Below, one piece after another: positions 45,496 to 55,104 of a stretch of DNA of 64,000 bases; the stretch's first letter is position 1; every line of letters begins with the position of its first letter. Both the position numbers and the translations under genes were made by a program. Under the pieces are notes generated by a model. That model searched no databases and had not been told where the DNA came from. It saw only the letters and a program-made list of their open reading frames with translations. The DNA is taken from IMG/VR virus record IMGVR_UViG_3300017914_001603, positions 1,731 to 65,730 of that record; one strand, written 5' to 3'. Source of the stretch: a virus. Lineage: Duplodnaviria; Caudoviricetes.

Positions 45496-46958
45496 TTTCT
45501 ATTCACCTTGAATCTCTTGCTTCTATTATCGATCGGATTATTGCCCAGAAGGTTCGTCCCGAATCTGACTGTTCCGCTCTTATTCGCTGTTCGACCGATA
45601 TTCTTCGGGATATTTCTCTTAAATTGATCGTTTAGTTTTCCGCTACTAACCAGATATCCAGTAAACTCGTTATTGTTCAGGTGTGCTTTGTCGCGGAGTT
45701 TAGATCGTATTTCTTGAATCGATGGATCGTGATCAAACAATCCTTTGTACTCGTCTGATCTGCTCAGTTTATCTTTTAACTTAGGATCTACTGCAACATT
45801 GCGAACACCGTAAGTAGATGACGAAAGTTGCATTTCTACCACTGCTGGGTTTGGAATCGGAGCAGTTGCTGGAATAGGTGTGTACGGCATGATTCCAGGT
45901 TTTGGAACGACCATCTTCGGTGGTTTACCTGGCTTGCTGTCTTTGGCAGTCACAGCAGTCAGTGCTTGCCCTGCTCCAGTCGCGAACCCTGCTTGGGCGG
46001 CATACATAGCATAATCGGCGTGGAGTGCTTCGGTCGCCTTTCCAACCAATGTCCCATAAAAAGTAGACATATTGGTGACAGCGGCAGGGAAACCGCCATA
46101 GGTCTTACCGTAATAATCGAGGAGTGGACCACCAATGGTGCCCTTGTGCCCAATCATACTAATGTGCCTCGCCGCGAGACTTGTCGTAGAAGCAGCGACA
46201 ACCCACTCGTTTACTGCTGTTGTTGTGAGATTATTCCCACTTAGAATTTCTGTATCTCCCTGCACCAATTGATTTGAGTTTCCTGCTACAATATGGTGAT
46301 GATCGCCTAACACTGTTTCTGTGTTGTTCCCGATCACCTTAGCACCACGAGCACCTCGGATTGTGTAGTTCTGATCCTTGTTTACAGTCTTTGTGTGTCG
46401 ACCTTTTATTTCCTCTTTCTTATCGCCAGCAACATTTAAATTGTAGTTACCGCCGACATTCATGTTCAGGTCACCAGAGACGTCTAGAGTCAGATTCCCC
46501 TTATAGATTAATTTGCCTTCACCTTCAACAATTGTTGTATGATCACCGCCTGTAACCTCTACACGTTGATTACGAGAAGAGATTACGACAGTGCCGTCTG
46601 CTCTTAACTCGATCCCAGCACCAGTCCTATGCTTGACAAGAACCCTTTCCCCTCCAGGAGTATCGTCTAACTCGAAAGAGTGCCCAGATGCTGTTTGCTG
46701 AACTTGGTTGTATGGAAAGACAGAAGGTTTTTGATCAGGGATGTCTAAAGAAACGCCGTAGTCGCCACCACCCAAACTGAGATTATTGACTTCTTCACCC
46801 TTAGATGCTTTGTTAACACTAGTGCCATAGAAATAATCACGCGACGGAAACTCGCCTGTTGGGTCGTTAAATCCATCCAGCGTTATGCCTTCGGTTCTTT
46901 CTCTTGATGAATCAAACTTTTCGAGCCTTGAGTAATAATTGTCGGTTTTATTCGTCAT
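45492..46958 (-). CDS. gp5: gp5 C-terminal part (beta-helix spike)
   Basis: FPYNQVQQTASGHSFELDDTPGGERVLVKHRTG, then V.G(D/N) beta-helix repeats. Confidence 0.85.
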   Translation of the reverse strand: MTNKTDNYYSRLEKFDSSRERTEGITLDGFNDPTGEFPSRDYFYGTSVNKASKGEEVNNLSLGGGDYGVSLDIPDQKPSVFPYNQVQQTASGHSFELDDTPGGERVLVKHRTGAGIELRADGTVVISSRNQRVEVTGGDHTTIVEGEGKLIYKGNLTLDVSGDLNMNVGGNYNLNVAGDKKEEIKGRHTKTVNKDQNYTIRGARGAKVIGNNTETVLGDHHHIVAGNSNQLVQGDTEILSGNNLTTTAVNEWVVAASTTSLAARHISMIGHKGTIGGPLLDYYGKTYGGFPAAVTNMSTFYGTLVGKATEALHADYAMYAAQAGFATGAGQALTAVTAKDSKPGKPPKMVVPKPGIMPYTPIPATAPIPNPAVVEMQLSSSTYGVRNVAVDPKLKDKLSRSDEYKGLFDHDPSIQEIRSKLRDKAHLNNNEFTGYLVSSGKLNDQFKRNIPKNIGRTANKSGTVRFGTNLLGNNPIDNRSKRFKVNRK

Positions 46959-48834
46959 TGTTTATTTCGTCAATCGTAAATGGTTCTTGTGTGAAAGGAC
47001 TAGTGAATTTCGATTTCTTTCCAAAGTTCGCCAAAACATATTCTCTTACATCAAATCCAGGATCGTCTTCAGTTTGATCCACATCGTTATGTCCAACTAT
47101 TTGCCCACCTGCAAAGGTGCTATAGAAAGCACGGCAGATGTGGTCAAAGGTATTGAACTGACTTCGAGTCAACGATTGAACCGATACAAAGTTTTCTGGG
47201 TTTGGTGTACCCGATGGAACATTGATCCCACCAACAAACACAACACCGATACTCCTGTTGTTATGATTATTTAGCGGTGAGTGTTGACCTTCAATATTAA
47301 TTGGTCGACCTCTCTGCAGCGAACCGTCTCGACGAATCACATAATGATAACCGATTCCTTCAAGGTCAGAAGCAAGGTGGTATTCATTTATCTCTTCACT
47401 TCCAATGTTTTTATTCGTCGGAGTTTCTGTCCAGTGGACAACAACCTCGGTGATTTCCCGAGAAACATTTCGAAACTCTGCTTGTAGTTCTTCGGTTGAG
47501 GAGATATAAGGAAACACTGGATCGCCTTTCCCTTTCTGCCATTCCTTTTTATACGATCCGATGATATACGGTTCCGAGAAAACAAACTCAGACGGTGGTT
47601 GTTTCGTCGCTGAGGAAATGGTCGTGTCGATCGTCTTTAAGAAATTAAGAATTTCCATATACGGTTTACCGGTCTTTTTATATAAGATGTTTGCTGCTTC
47701 GTCGCGGTCTATAGAAGAACCTTGCGAAAGCGTAATTACATTTTGAATTTGAGATGCATCCAACTTCGGAGCAAAGTCTCTCACTTTCTTTTTGATATCC
47801 GTTAGAGTTTCGGCGCTCAGGGACTGCACAATACCCACACCACCGCCTTTGGCGATTCTAGATTGAACCAATGAATTGCTTATGTCTACTTCTTTTGAAT
47901 ATCTTGCGCGGTTTAATGAAGCACTCTCGGTCGACTGTTGTACCTGCTCTGGATCCTTTCCGCCAGAAATGTTTTCTAGGTCAGACGCCAACCCTTTGAC
48001 ATTTTTCTTCGTTTCTTTTGCAGTAGTTACCAGATTCTCAAGGTCTTGTTTCGCCGCTGTGATCGAGTTTATCGCACTATTAAACTCAGAGTCTGCGGTT
48101 GGTCCGGCACTCGTCGCCGAGTCGTATGTGAGAACCAATCCTGTTTCAGTAAGATCTCCGTCCGAATCAATCGCCGAAATGAAATTGATTGTTCGGTTCA
48201 ATTCTTGAGGAACGACCGAATTGATCAATTCACCTGTAACAGTGTCCATTGCAGTCTTTGCGAGGTCGTTAATTGACAGCGCGTCGAATGCTCCGATCTT
48301 TCCGGAAAGACTATTCGCCGCATCCATTAAACCAGAAGGTGCGGCATCCACTACTGCCTTTTGCAGTGCTCCAGCGTCGATAGAACCGAGTCCAGTGATT
48401 AGTTGAAGTACGGCAGCGATTGTACCGTCGAGTCCACCCTGCTCCTCGAGGGAAGAGGATATCGGGTAAACCAGACCATTAGAATCTGGTTCAGTGTATT
48501 CGATTTTTACAGTCGCACCAAGTTTACTCGTCAACGCTGAAGCAACGCCATTTACAATATCTGTCTTTAAATTTTCGAGACTCTGTGCTCCTGCGTCAAG
48601 CAACCCTTCTTTTGTCGAGAGTTTTTCGAAGTCGTCTTTAAACCCATCAATTTCTTGCGTTAGCGATTGAACACCACCTTGCACTTGACCTGCGATATTA
48701 CCCGCCACAGTCTCGGTTGAGTTGACTAGATCTTCCCTTGTTTGGTTCGCAAGGTTTTTAATGTGAGAAGTGTTGGCAGATGCTTCAGCATTCTTTAACG
48801 TATTTTTTAGATCATTAATTGTTTTATCAGTCAT
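46948..48834 (-). CDS. Long helical protein with C-terminal N-acetylmuramoyl-L-alanine amidase (Amidase_2)
   Basis: VVVHWTET, IGYHYVIRRDGSLQRGRP, GQH, SIGVVFVGG, VGHNDV..EDDPGFDV. Confidence 0.88.
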   Translation of the reverse strand: MTDKTINDLKNTLKNAEASANTSHIKNLANQTREDLVNSTETVAGNIAGQVQGGVQSLTQEIDGFKDDFEKLSTKEGLLDAGAQSLENLKTDIVNGVASALTSKLGATVKIEYTEPDSNGLVYPISSSLEEQGGLDGTIAAVLQLITGLGSIDAGALQKAVVDAAPSGLMDAANSLSGKIGAFDALSINDLAKTAMDTVTGELINSVVPQELNRTINFISAIDSDGDLTETGLVLTYDSATSAGPTADSEFNSAINSITAAKQDLENLVTTAKETKKNVKGLASDLENISGGKDPEQVQQSTESASLNRARYSKEVDISNSLVQSRIAKGGGVGIVQSLSAETLTDIKKKVRDFAPKLDASQIQNVITLSQGSSIDRDEAANILYKKTGKPYMEILNFLKTIDTTISSATKQPPSEFVFSEPYIIGSYKKEWQKGKGDPVFPYISSTEELQAEFRNVSREITEVVVHWTETPTNKNIGSEEINEYHLASDLEGIGYHYVIRRDGSLQRGRPINIEGQHSPLNNHNNRSIGVVFVGGINVPSGTPNPENFVSVQSLTRSQFNTFDHICRAFYSTFAGGQIVGHNDVDQTEDDPGFDVREYVLANFGKKSKFTSPFTQEPFTIDEINNDE

Positions 48835-49696
48835 AATAAAGAACCTCGTCGTAAGCAGTCTGCGCTAGATCCTCGGTATTTTTTGTCGTGAGCAAATATT
48901 CACGGTTTACAATTTCACTCGCTGTTTTGATATCAGTTGACGCCAAGAGTTTGCTGTTTGTAATATTGAACCTGTTCCTCAGTTCGAACAACACGAACTG
49001 TAGTTGAACAGAGTAAAGTTTCCAATCAGAAACAGGAGTATAGTTAGAAGCAAAGCGCAACAGACCGCTGTATCTACTCCCGACGTTGTTTTTGATTTCC
49101 CAATTGGCGATTCCGACGTTACCTTTGTCTGCGACATAAGTGACCAGTGAACTCGCTCCAATCAATGCTCCAGTAATTGCAGCAGATTGGATAAGACTAT
49201 AACCGTTGTCGATAAAGAACTTCATGGACTGCAATCTTCGGAGTCCGAGACTGGCATCATACACGCCATCGTCTTTCAATGTTTCGGATACTACATTTTG
49301 ATACCGAATCGTCTTGTAGTCATAATTGTCTTCGCCTGACCCTCTCCTCGCCTTTTGGTTAGATGTCGGGAGTTCTACTCTCGGCAAACTACCTAGGATC
49401 AGTGGTATTTGAGAAGAGACGCCATCTAAGAAAACACCGAACACAAAAGTACCGGCGACAATCTGGGGAATACGCCCAATTCCGGAAGAACCGCCCTCAG
49501 TGGTTGGGATTAAAACCTGCGCCCATGGAAGATCTTTCTCAGGGATATCGCCAGTAGAAGGGTTGTGCACGCCATTAATTCTAATCTTCACCCTACCTTC
49601 TAACCCTGCAGGCGGATGAGCGTTAATTACCGTGCCGAAAAACCAACGGTGATCATCGCCATAGAAATCTTTTTGTATTGGTCTTAAGATATTCAT
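48827..49696 (-). CDS. gp5: gp5 N-terminal OB-fold plus tail-lysozyme-like domain
   Basis: WFFGTV, GRVKIRINGVH, DLPWAQVLIPTT, VFGVFLDG..SQIPLILGSLP; C-half GYSLIQSAAITG..QLQFVLFEL resembles phage tail lysozyme. Confidence 0.85.
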   Translation of the reverse strand: MNILRPIQKDFYGDDHRWFFGTVINAHPPAGLEGRVKIRINGVHNPSTGDIPEKDLPWAQVLIPTTEGGSSGIGRIPQIVAGTFVFGVFLDGVSSQIPLILGSLPRVELPTSNQKARRGSGEDNYDYKTIRYQNVVSETLKDDGVYDASLGLRRLQSMKFFIDNGYSLIQSAAITGALIGASSLVTYVADKGNVGIANWEIKNNVGSRYSGLLRFASNYTPVSDWKLYSVQLQFVLFELRNRFNITNSKLLASTDIKTASEIVNREYLLTTKNTEDLAQTAYDEVLYYD

Positions 49697-51054
49697 AATT
49701 TAAAGTTCTTCGGCAAATCGCCCAGTTTGGTCACGCGCATTGAAGAGAAATGATTCTCTTGTATCAGGTGATGACTTGTAGCGAGTATCAGGTAATCCCC
49801 CGACTTTCTCTTATCTATTTGTTCTGCTGCGGTTTCTTTATCTGCGCCAGCATCGGAATTTAAGAATAAAATTCTAACCCTTCTTCCAACACTGATCTTA
49901 CCTTTGAAGAGAGAGATACCGTCAAGACCGACGTCGATTGTATTCTTCTTGAGAACGTGTCTGATGATTTTGTTCTTTGTTTTTAACTTAGACTCGAAAA
50001 TATCGTTGTTTCCGTCAAGCAATGTCGCTTCGTCGTGATAACTCTGAAACTGATTGTATGTGTTAGATGATGTTACTTGAAATGTGTGCTTAGAATTATA
50101 CTCGTCCGAGATCTTACCGTCAATCACTAATGATGGATCAAAAATAGATTGCACAGTATATTCGTCGATAACGCCGTTCATCTTTAACTCTGTCAAGATC
50201 TCCCTTACAGAGATATGACTGTTCGACGCCAACCCCGATCCAGCATCTAGCGTGGAATGGAAAGAACCGATCGCCCCCGCCTCAAATAATTGCAGTGTAT
50301 TCTCGGCGTTCGTCTCTTGGAACCCTGTGATGTCGTAATATGGTCCAAGCATTAAACTTTCTTCGTCTCCAGACTTTGTTGCTGTGCTGTAACGGTACGG
50401 AAGATCTTCGTTGATTATATCTTGATTCATAAGCGTATCAAGGTCTGACAGATAGAGTTTGTCGCTATACAAATCACCCGAGAGAAATAATGGACTTCCA
50501 GTTTTGGTCGTTGCTCGGTTGATCAACCAGTTGACTGCTTCGAGCGGTTTGAGATATGGAACAATAACCTTTCTCACACCTTGCGCCGAACCTTGAAAAA
50601 AACCTTTGATCACTTTCTTGCCAAGATCGCCTTGACAGATATCAGTTACAATTCCTTCGATATTCTTAGTAAACGACCTGCTGATTTGTTTGACTGAATT
50701 CACATACACGTGTTCTTCAACTAATTCTAGGGAAAGTGCTTCTGACCTCTCGTTCACTTTCTTTGCATCGATAACGCTAGAGACAAAAAAGATTTTTTCG
50801 AACAATGGTTCCATCGGGGTTTCGCTCGCACCGACGGTAATGACAATTCTCTCTGTCCCCTGTAATGAAAGCATGCCGCGAAATCCAAAGTCATCAAGAA
50901 TTTTGATTCGCGCATCAACGTATGGTTTGAAAAGATTCTCATAGAACTTCGCTTCGATAACATTGTTTCGAATGTCAATTCTTTGAACCGGACTTTCAGG
51001 CGACGTGAGAATCACTTCAGCACGAATAATTGTGAATGATGTATTTATCTTCAT
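49693..51054 (-). CDS. Probable baseplate hub protein (gp27-like)
   Basis: Position between gp53 and gp5; FYENLFKPYV...ILD...L.LQGTERI; C-terminal GRRVRILF..KSGDYLI pattern of hub proteins. Confidence 0.6.
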   Translation of the reverse strand: MKINTSFTIIRAEVILTSPESPVQRIDIRNNVIEAKFYENLFKPYVDARIKILDDFGFRGMLSLQGTERIVITVGASETPMEPLFEKIFFVSSVIDAKKVNERSEALSLELVEEHVYVNSVKQISRSFTKNIEGIVTDICQGDLGKKVIKGFFQGSAQGVRKVIVPYLKPLEAVNWLINRATTKTGSPLFLSGDLYSDKLYLSDLDTLMNQDIINEDLPYRYSTATKSGDEESLMLGPYYDITGFQETNAENTLQLFEAGAIGSFHSTLDAGSGLASNSHISVREILTELKMNGVIDEYTVQSIFDPSLVIDGKISDEYNSKHTFQVTSSNTYNQFQSYHDEATLLDGNNDIFESKLKTKNKIIRHVLKKNTIDVGLDGISLFKGKISVGRRVRILFLNSDAGADKETAAEQIDKRKSGDYLILATSHHLIQENHFSSMRVTKLGDLPKNFKL

Positions 51055-51893
51055 TAAGATGCTTCCATTAGACGTTTGAACTCGCCTACAATCGCCTCTA
51101 TATTTTCTTTCTTGATGATTCGAATTTTTCTTGCCTCGTCGTTCTGACTTGTCAGGTATTCAAGGTTTGTGACTGGAATTGCGTTGAGTGTAACTTCTGC
51201 TGGATCTAAGAATATATTGACCCATTCACCATCAGCATTTTCATAGTGGTGAGTACCTTCATACTCATAAACCGTATTAGATAAGACAACTTCATTAGAT
51301 CCATCAGCATATGCTAATCCATCCGAACCGGTCGGATCGAAACCGCTGTTCACTTGGATAGTAATTTCGCCCACATCTAGATCTTTCTTCAGAACCTTTC
51401 CGACCTTATCAGATGCGGTATTCCCTTCAGTAAAGATTTGCGAACCGCCTTGAGTTAAAAGTTCCTGATTATTTTCTAGTAAAAGTGGTTGTGAGGGTAT
51501 GTCAAAAGTAACACTCTGACCGACATTATAGATATCAGCGTATGCTGCGAGTTCTTCGGCAGTAGAGACATCCAGTTTTGCGATGTAATTCTTAAAGTAC
51601 CGATTCTTGGCGGCAAGATTGAGTTCATAGGTTGCCATCGGCCAACCAACTTCGCGCAACCTTTCATTCATTAAGAAGAAAGTCCATTCATATTCTGGTT
51701 TACCGTATAATGCGTATGCTAGAGTATCCGGTCTTTCGAAGTCTCTAATTTCGTATTCAATATATGTTGAGATAGACTCTCGGAAAACGTCGATTGTATC
51801 GACATACTTCGAGAGTTTTTGGTATGAGACTGGTTGCTCCTCATTTCCAAAGAGGTATTGAACATTCGGAAAACTTGAGAAATACTTTGACAT
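51054..51893 (-). CDS. gp53: Baseplate wedge subunit with internal insertion
   Basis: YFSSFPNVQY, YEIRDFERPDTLAYALYG..EYEWTFFLMN, WP, HHYEN, NDEARKIRIIK. Confidence 0.9.
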   Translation of the reverse strand: MSKYFSSFPNVQYLFGNEEQPVSYQKLSKYVDTIDVFRESISTYIEYEIRDFERPDTLAYALYGKPEYEWTFFLMNERLREVGWPMATYELNLAAKNRYFKNYIAKLDVSTAEELAAYADIYNVGQSVTFDIPSQPLLLENNQELLTQGGSQIFTEGNTASDKVGKVLKKDLDVGEITIQVNSGFDPTGSDGLAYADGSNEVVLSNTVYEYEGTHHYENADGEWVNIFLDPAEVTLNAIPVTNLEYLTSQNDEARKIRIIKKENIEAIVGEFKRLMEAS

Positions 51894-51895
51894 AA

Positions 51896-53053
51896 TTAAA
51901 AACCCTCGTCCCTTACTTTCGCTTTATCCATTGTCGCGAATTCAGTGAAGTTCAATGATATATCTGCTTCGATAAAATAATCTTTTTCCCGACCAGCATA
52001 CATGCTACCGGCAGCAGTCTGGTTGAAGTTGGTTGTTACAGTTTGAAGGTAACATCTTTGGAAGTCAAATCCAGGATTATTTTTACCGGTTCTGTCTCTG
52101 ACTTTGATTTCAAATATGTTTGGAAACTCGTATGCGAAAGGAACATTGCCCACATTAATCGCTTCAGGATATACTTCTTTCCTGAAAAATTTTATAATCT
52201 CTTTAATCTGCTTCGCTTCATTTTCGCTTTTAGCGACCAATTTAAACGTGAATGTAAAACTTCTCATGTTCACGCTTTCGAACAGAGTCCTTGTGTTTGG
52301 ATTCGACGTTACCCTTGCTGCTTCTCGTGTCGCATTCGAAACATTTTCAAAGATGTCACCGCCTGCTGCACCAGCGACAATCGCTCCTGCTGGACCAGCG
52401 ATCAGTCCACCCGCAACACCAGCGAGTGCTGTACCAGCACCTTTAACTGCCATTTGTGAGATAAGTTTATTTGTGACATTATTAATTCTGTCGCCTTGAT
52501 CTGTAGTTGCTGCCTTCATTAAACCCGCGCCGAAGTTTGTATTCGCAGAGGTATAAGAGACGCCATCGTCAATCTGTATACCTTGTTGCAACGGTAGTTG
52601 AACTCTGCCTTGCTTGATCCCTTTCGTAAATTTCTCGTGCGAGTTTAAACTGCCAGCAGTTCTAAAAGACTTCGCTGTATCCCGAGCAGTCCCCAAGATT
52701 CCTTTTTCCTTTTCCTCACCTTCGGTCTTTTCCTCAGCGACAGACTCTTGTTCAGTTTCTTCGTCGCTACTAGAAAAAGCACCACGAACCTTATCTGACA
52801 ACTTAGATAAATTTTTGGCGATCTCTGAACTCGCCAGTGGATCAATTTTATAAGCAGTAAACATCACCGTAACTGGGTGCGTCGAGGTTGTTAAGGATTC
52901 TGGAAACTTAAAGTCTGGTGCTTCAACATCAACTTGGTCAGATGCATCCGCCTCGTTTTTCGGGAAAGACACCGACGCTAGTGGTTGGTTGTTTGAAGAC
53001 TGCGGGAGTTCGTTATTTGCTCCTGCTTCCTCTCTTAGTTCTCGTGATGACAT
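51896..53053 (-). CDS. gp48: Baseplate tail-tube cap
   Basis: VQLPL, NPNTRTLFESVNMRSFTFTFKLVAKSENEAKQIKEIIKFFR, YEFPNIFEI, CYLQTVTTNF, SLNFTE. Confidence 0.85.
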   Translation of the reverse strand: MSSRELREEAGANNELPQSSNNQPLASVSFPKNEADASDQVDVEAPDFKFPESLTTSTHPVTVMFTAYKIDPLASSEIAKNLSKLSDKVRGAFSSSDEETEQESVAEEKTEGEEKEKGILGTARDTAKSFRTAGSLNSHEKFTKGIKQGRVQLPLQQGIQIDDGVSYTSANTNFGAGLMKAATTDQGDRINNVTNKLISQMAVKGAGTALAGVAGGLIAGPAGAIVAGAAGGDIFENVSNATREAARVTSNPNTRTLFESVNMRSFTFTFKLVAKSENEAKQIKEIIKFFRKEVYPEAINVGNVPFAYEFPNIFEIKVRDRTGKNNPGFDFQRCYLQTVTTNFNQTAAGSMYAGREKDYFIEADISLNFTEFATMDKAKVRDEGF

Positions 53054-53061
53054 CCTAACCT

Positions 53062-53095
53062 CTAAATAGATAAATTACTGTAGTTGTTATTTATA
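53062..53095. promoter_or_regulatory. Face-to-face late promoters of the divergent gp48/gp4 junction
   Basis: Minus-strand TATAAATA at 53088-53095; plus-strand variant CTAAATA at 53062-53068. Confidence 0.65.
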
Positions 53096-53103
53096 GGGAA
53101 ACC

Positions 53104-53592
53104 ATGGCATATAAAGGAAAATACACTCCGAAGAATAAAACCAAATATGGGGGTGATCCTACAAACATTATTTATCGCTCTTTGTGGGAAAGAAATGCAT
53201 TTAGATGGTGCGATGAGAATAAAGCGGTAAAACAATGGTCGAGTGAAGAAGTCGTGATCCCATATTACTATGAAGTCGACAAGAGATATCATCGTTATTA
53301 CATGGACTTGAAGATCGTGCTCGAGAGCGGAAAGACCATCCTTGTAGAGATCAAACCCGCCAAAGAAACGAAACCTCCAACCGGTCAAAGAAGGACCAAG
53401 CGTTATATCAACGAGGGTCTCACATACATCAAGAATCAGAATAAATGGGAAGCAGCAGCAGAGTATGCTGCTGACCGTGGTTGGGATTTTCAGATATGGA
53501 CCGAAAACGAACTAGAAAAGATGGGTATTTTACCAAAATCAACAAAACCTTTGAAACCGTTGAAACCTTTTACGAAAAAGAAGAATAAATAG
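53104..53592 (+). CDS. gp4: Head completion nuclease
   Basis: YKGKYTPKNKTKYGGDPTNIIYRSLWER, WSSEEVVIPY, HRYYMD, VEIKP, NQNKWEAA..YA..RGWDFQIWTE. Confidence 0.93.
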   Translation: MAYKGKYTPKNKTKYGGDPTNIIYRSLWERNAFRWCDENKAVKQWSSEEVVIPYYYEVDKRYHRYYMDLKIVLESGKTILVEIKPAKETKPPTGQRRTKRYINEGLTYIKNQNKWEAAAEYAADRGWDFQIWTENELEKMGILPKSTKPLKPLKPFTKKKNK

Positions 53593-53596
53593 ACGT

Positions 53597-53743
53597 ATGA
53601 AACATTTAGAAGAAATTAACGAAACATACTTTCAACATCTACGTTTTGCATGGAGCGTTGCATTTGTGTTGTTGGTTCACGGACTGTTCCCGTTTGTATG
53701 GGAAGATAAAGCATCTCGAATGATGGAGAATCGGAGTGAGTAA
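53597..53743 (+). CDS. Small membrane protein, DUF6356-like
   Basis: Own translation MKHLEEINETYFQHLRFAWSVAFVLLVHGLFPFVWEDKASRMMENRSE; preceded by ATAAATA; overlaps the gp2 start. Confidence 0.7.
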   Translation: MKHLEEINETYFQHLRFAWSVAFVLLVHGLFPFVWEDKASRMMENRSE

Positions 53744-54338
53744 TCTTTTTCAAAAAGTAGAGTTAGAAGCATTCCGTGCGGGAATCCAACCAAGAACGAA
53801 AGAATCGCGTGCGTGGTTTCGTAAAAGACTATACAACATGAAAGCGATCAATCGTCGCGCATTGTTGCGAGAAGATCCCCTTGAGAGAAGACAGGTCGGT
53901 AAAGCAAGGCAAAGAGGTAGTATCGGCGACATGTATATGTTTTTCTATGACGCAAAGGGAAAAGAGAAGTTGCCGTATTGGGATGCGTTTCCGTTGATCA
54001 TAAACATGGGTCCAGCAAAGGATGGATTCTATGGGTTGAATGTCCATTATCTACCGATACCGCTTCGTGCTAGATTCTTGGACGCATTGATGGAAAGGAC
54101 AACGAACAAGAAATTTGACGAGACGACAAGGTTCAGGTTGACATATAATTTCTTAAAGTCTTCTTCAAAACTTAGATACTTTAAACCTTGTTTTAAACAC
54201 TATTTGACTTCTCATGTAAAAGGACAGTTGTCTTATGTACCACCAGCAGAATGGGAAATTGCAGTATTCTTGCCTGCGGCACAATGGAAGAACGGAAAGA
54301 GAAGTCAAGTGTACAGAGATTCTAGGAGCATGATCTAA
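53736..54338 (+). CDS. gp2: DNA end protector protein
   Basis: RTKESRAWF, GDMYMFFYDAKGKEKLPYWDAFPLII, GLNVHYLP..LRARFLDAL, FKPCFKHYL. Confidence 0.93.
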   Translation: MSNLFQKVELEAFRAGIQPRTKESRAWFRKRLYNMKAINRRALLREDPLERRQVGKARQRGSIGDMYMFFYDAKGKEKLPYWDAFPLIINMGPAKDGFYGLNVHYLPIPLRARFLDALMERTTNKKFDETTRFRLTYNFLKSSSKLRYFKPCFKHYLTSHVKGQLSYVPPAEWEIAVFLPAAQWKNGKRSQVYRDSRSMI

Positions 54339-55087
54339 TGTCAATTCCATCGATTGAAGATTTTAAAGCATCAATATCAAACGGTAAAGGGTTCGCACAA
54401 ACAAACCTTTACTCGATTAATCTTCCGGCAGGCATTGCTCAGGGGTCGTTCGGAACAGTTGAGAAACCTCAAAACTTAACCTTGTTGGCGAAGTCGATCA
54501 CGCTTCCGGCGAGGCAGTTGTCTTCGGTCGAGCGTTTTGTTGGTATGGAAAAGAGAGACGTCGCATATGGTTTCATAAATCCAACCCTCAACGTTTCCTT
54601 TAGAGTCCTGAACGACCAAAAAGTTCGAAATTATTTTGAGTCGTGGCAGCAGAGCATCATAAAAAATAACGACATGTCTTTCAGTCAAGAGGGAAATTAC
54701 TCTGTTGCCTTTCCAGACGAATACACCTTTGATATTTCCGTCTATCAGTGGCGCAAGGGTCAAGGATTTCCACTATTCAACCGTGGAAAATCAGTCTCTC
54801 TTGGACCGTTAAATGTCGACCTCGAAGTTGACCTCGATTTAGAAGCATCCGGAACCAAAGTATATGAGTGGAAATTTGTCGACGCCTTCCCAATCACAGT
54901 TCAGCACGAAACGCTGAGTGATGACGCCAAAGCAGAAGTAAGCGAGATAAATATAGAGTTCTCGTATAGAAATTGGTTCGGGAAACCAGCAGAAGGTAAG
55001 TCTGAAGTTGGGATTAGCGGAAGTGCGAGCATTTCGACTAACATCGGTAACGCGATCAATAACAAGATTTATGATATTTTAAATTAA
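54338..55087 (+). CDS. Baseplate tail-tube initiator (gp54-like)
   Basis: Tube-fold motifs TNLYSINLP, SITLPARQL, YFESWQQSI, FVDAFPITV, IEFSYRNW. Confidence 0.75.
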   Translation: MSIPSIEDFKASISNGKGFAQTNLYSINLPAGIAQGSFGTVEKPQNLTLLAKSITLPARQLSSVERFVGMEKRDVAYGFINPTLNVSFRVLNDQKVRNYFESWQQSIIKNNDMSFSQEGNYSVAFPDEYTFDISVYQWRKGQGFPLFNRGKSVSLGPLNVDLEVDLDLEASGTKVYEWKFVDAFPITVQHETLSDDAKAEVSEINIEFSYRNWFGKPAEGKSEVGISGSASISTNIGNAINNKIYDILN

Positions 55088-55104
55088 TTGGAGTTTTTTA
55101 AATT

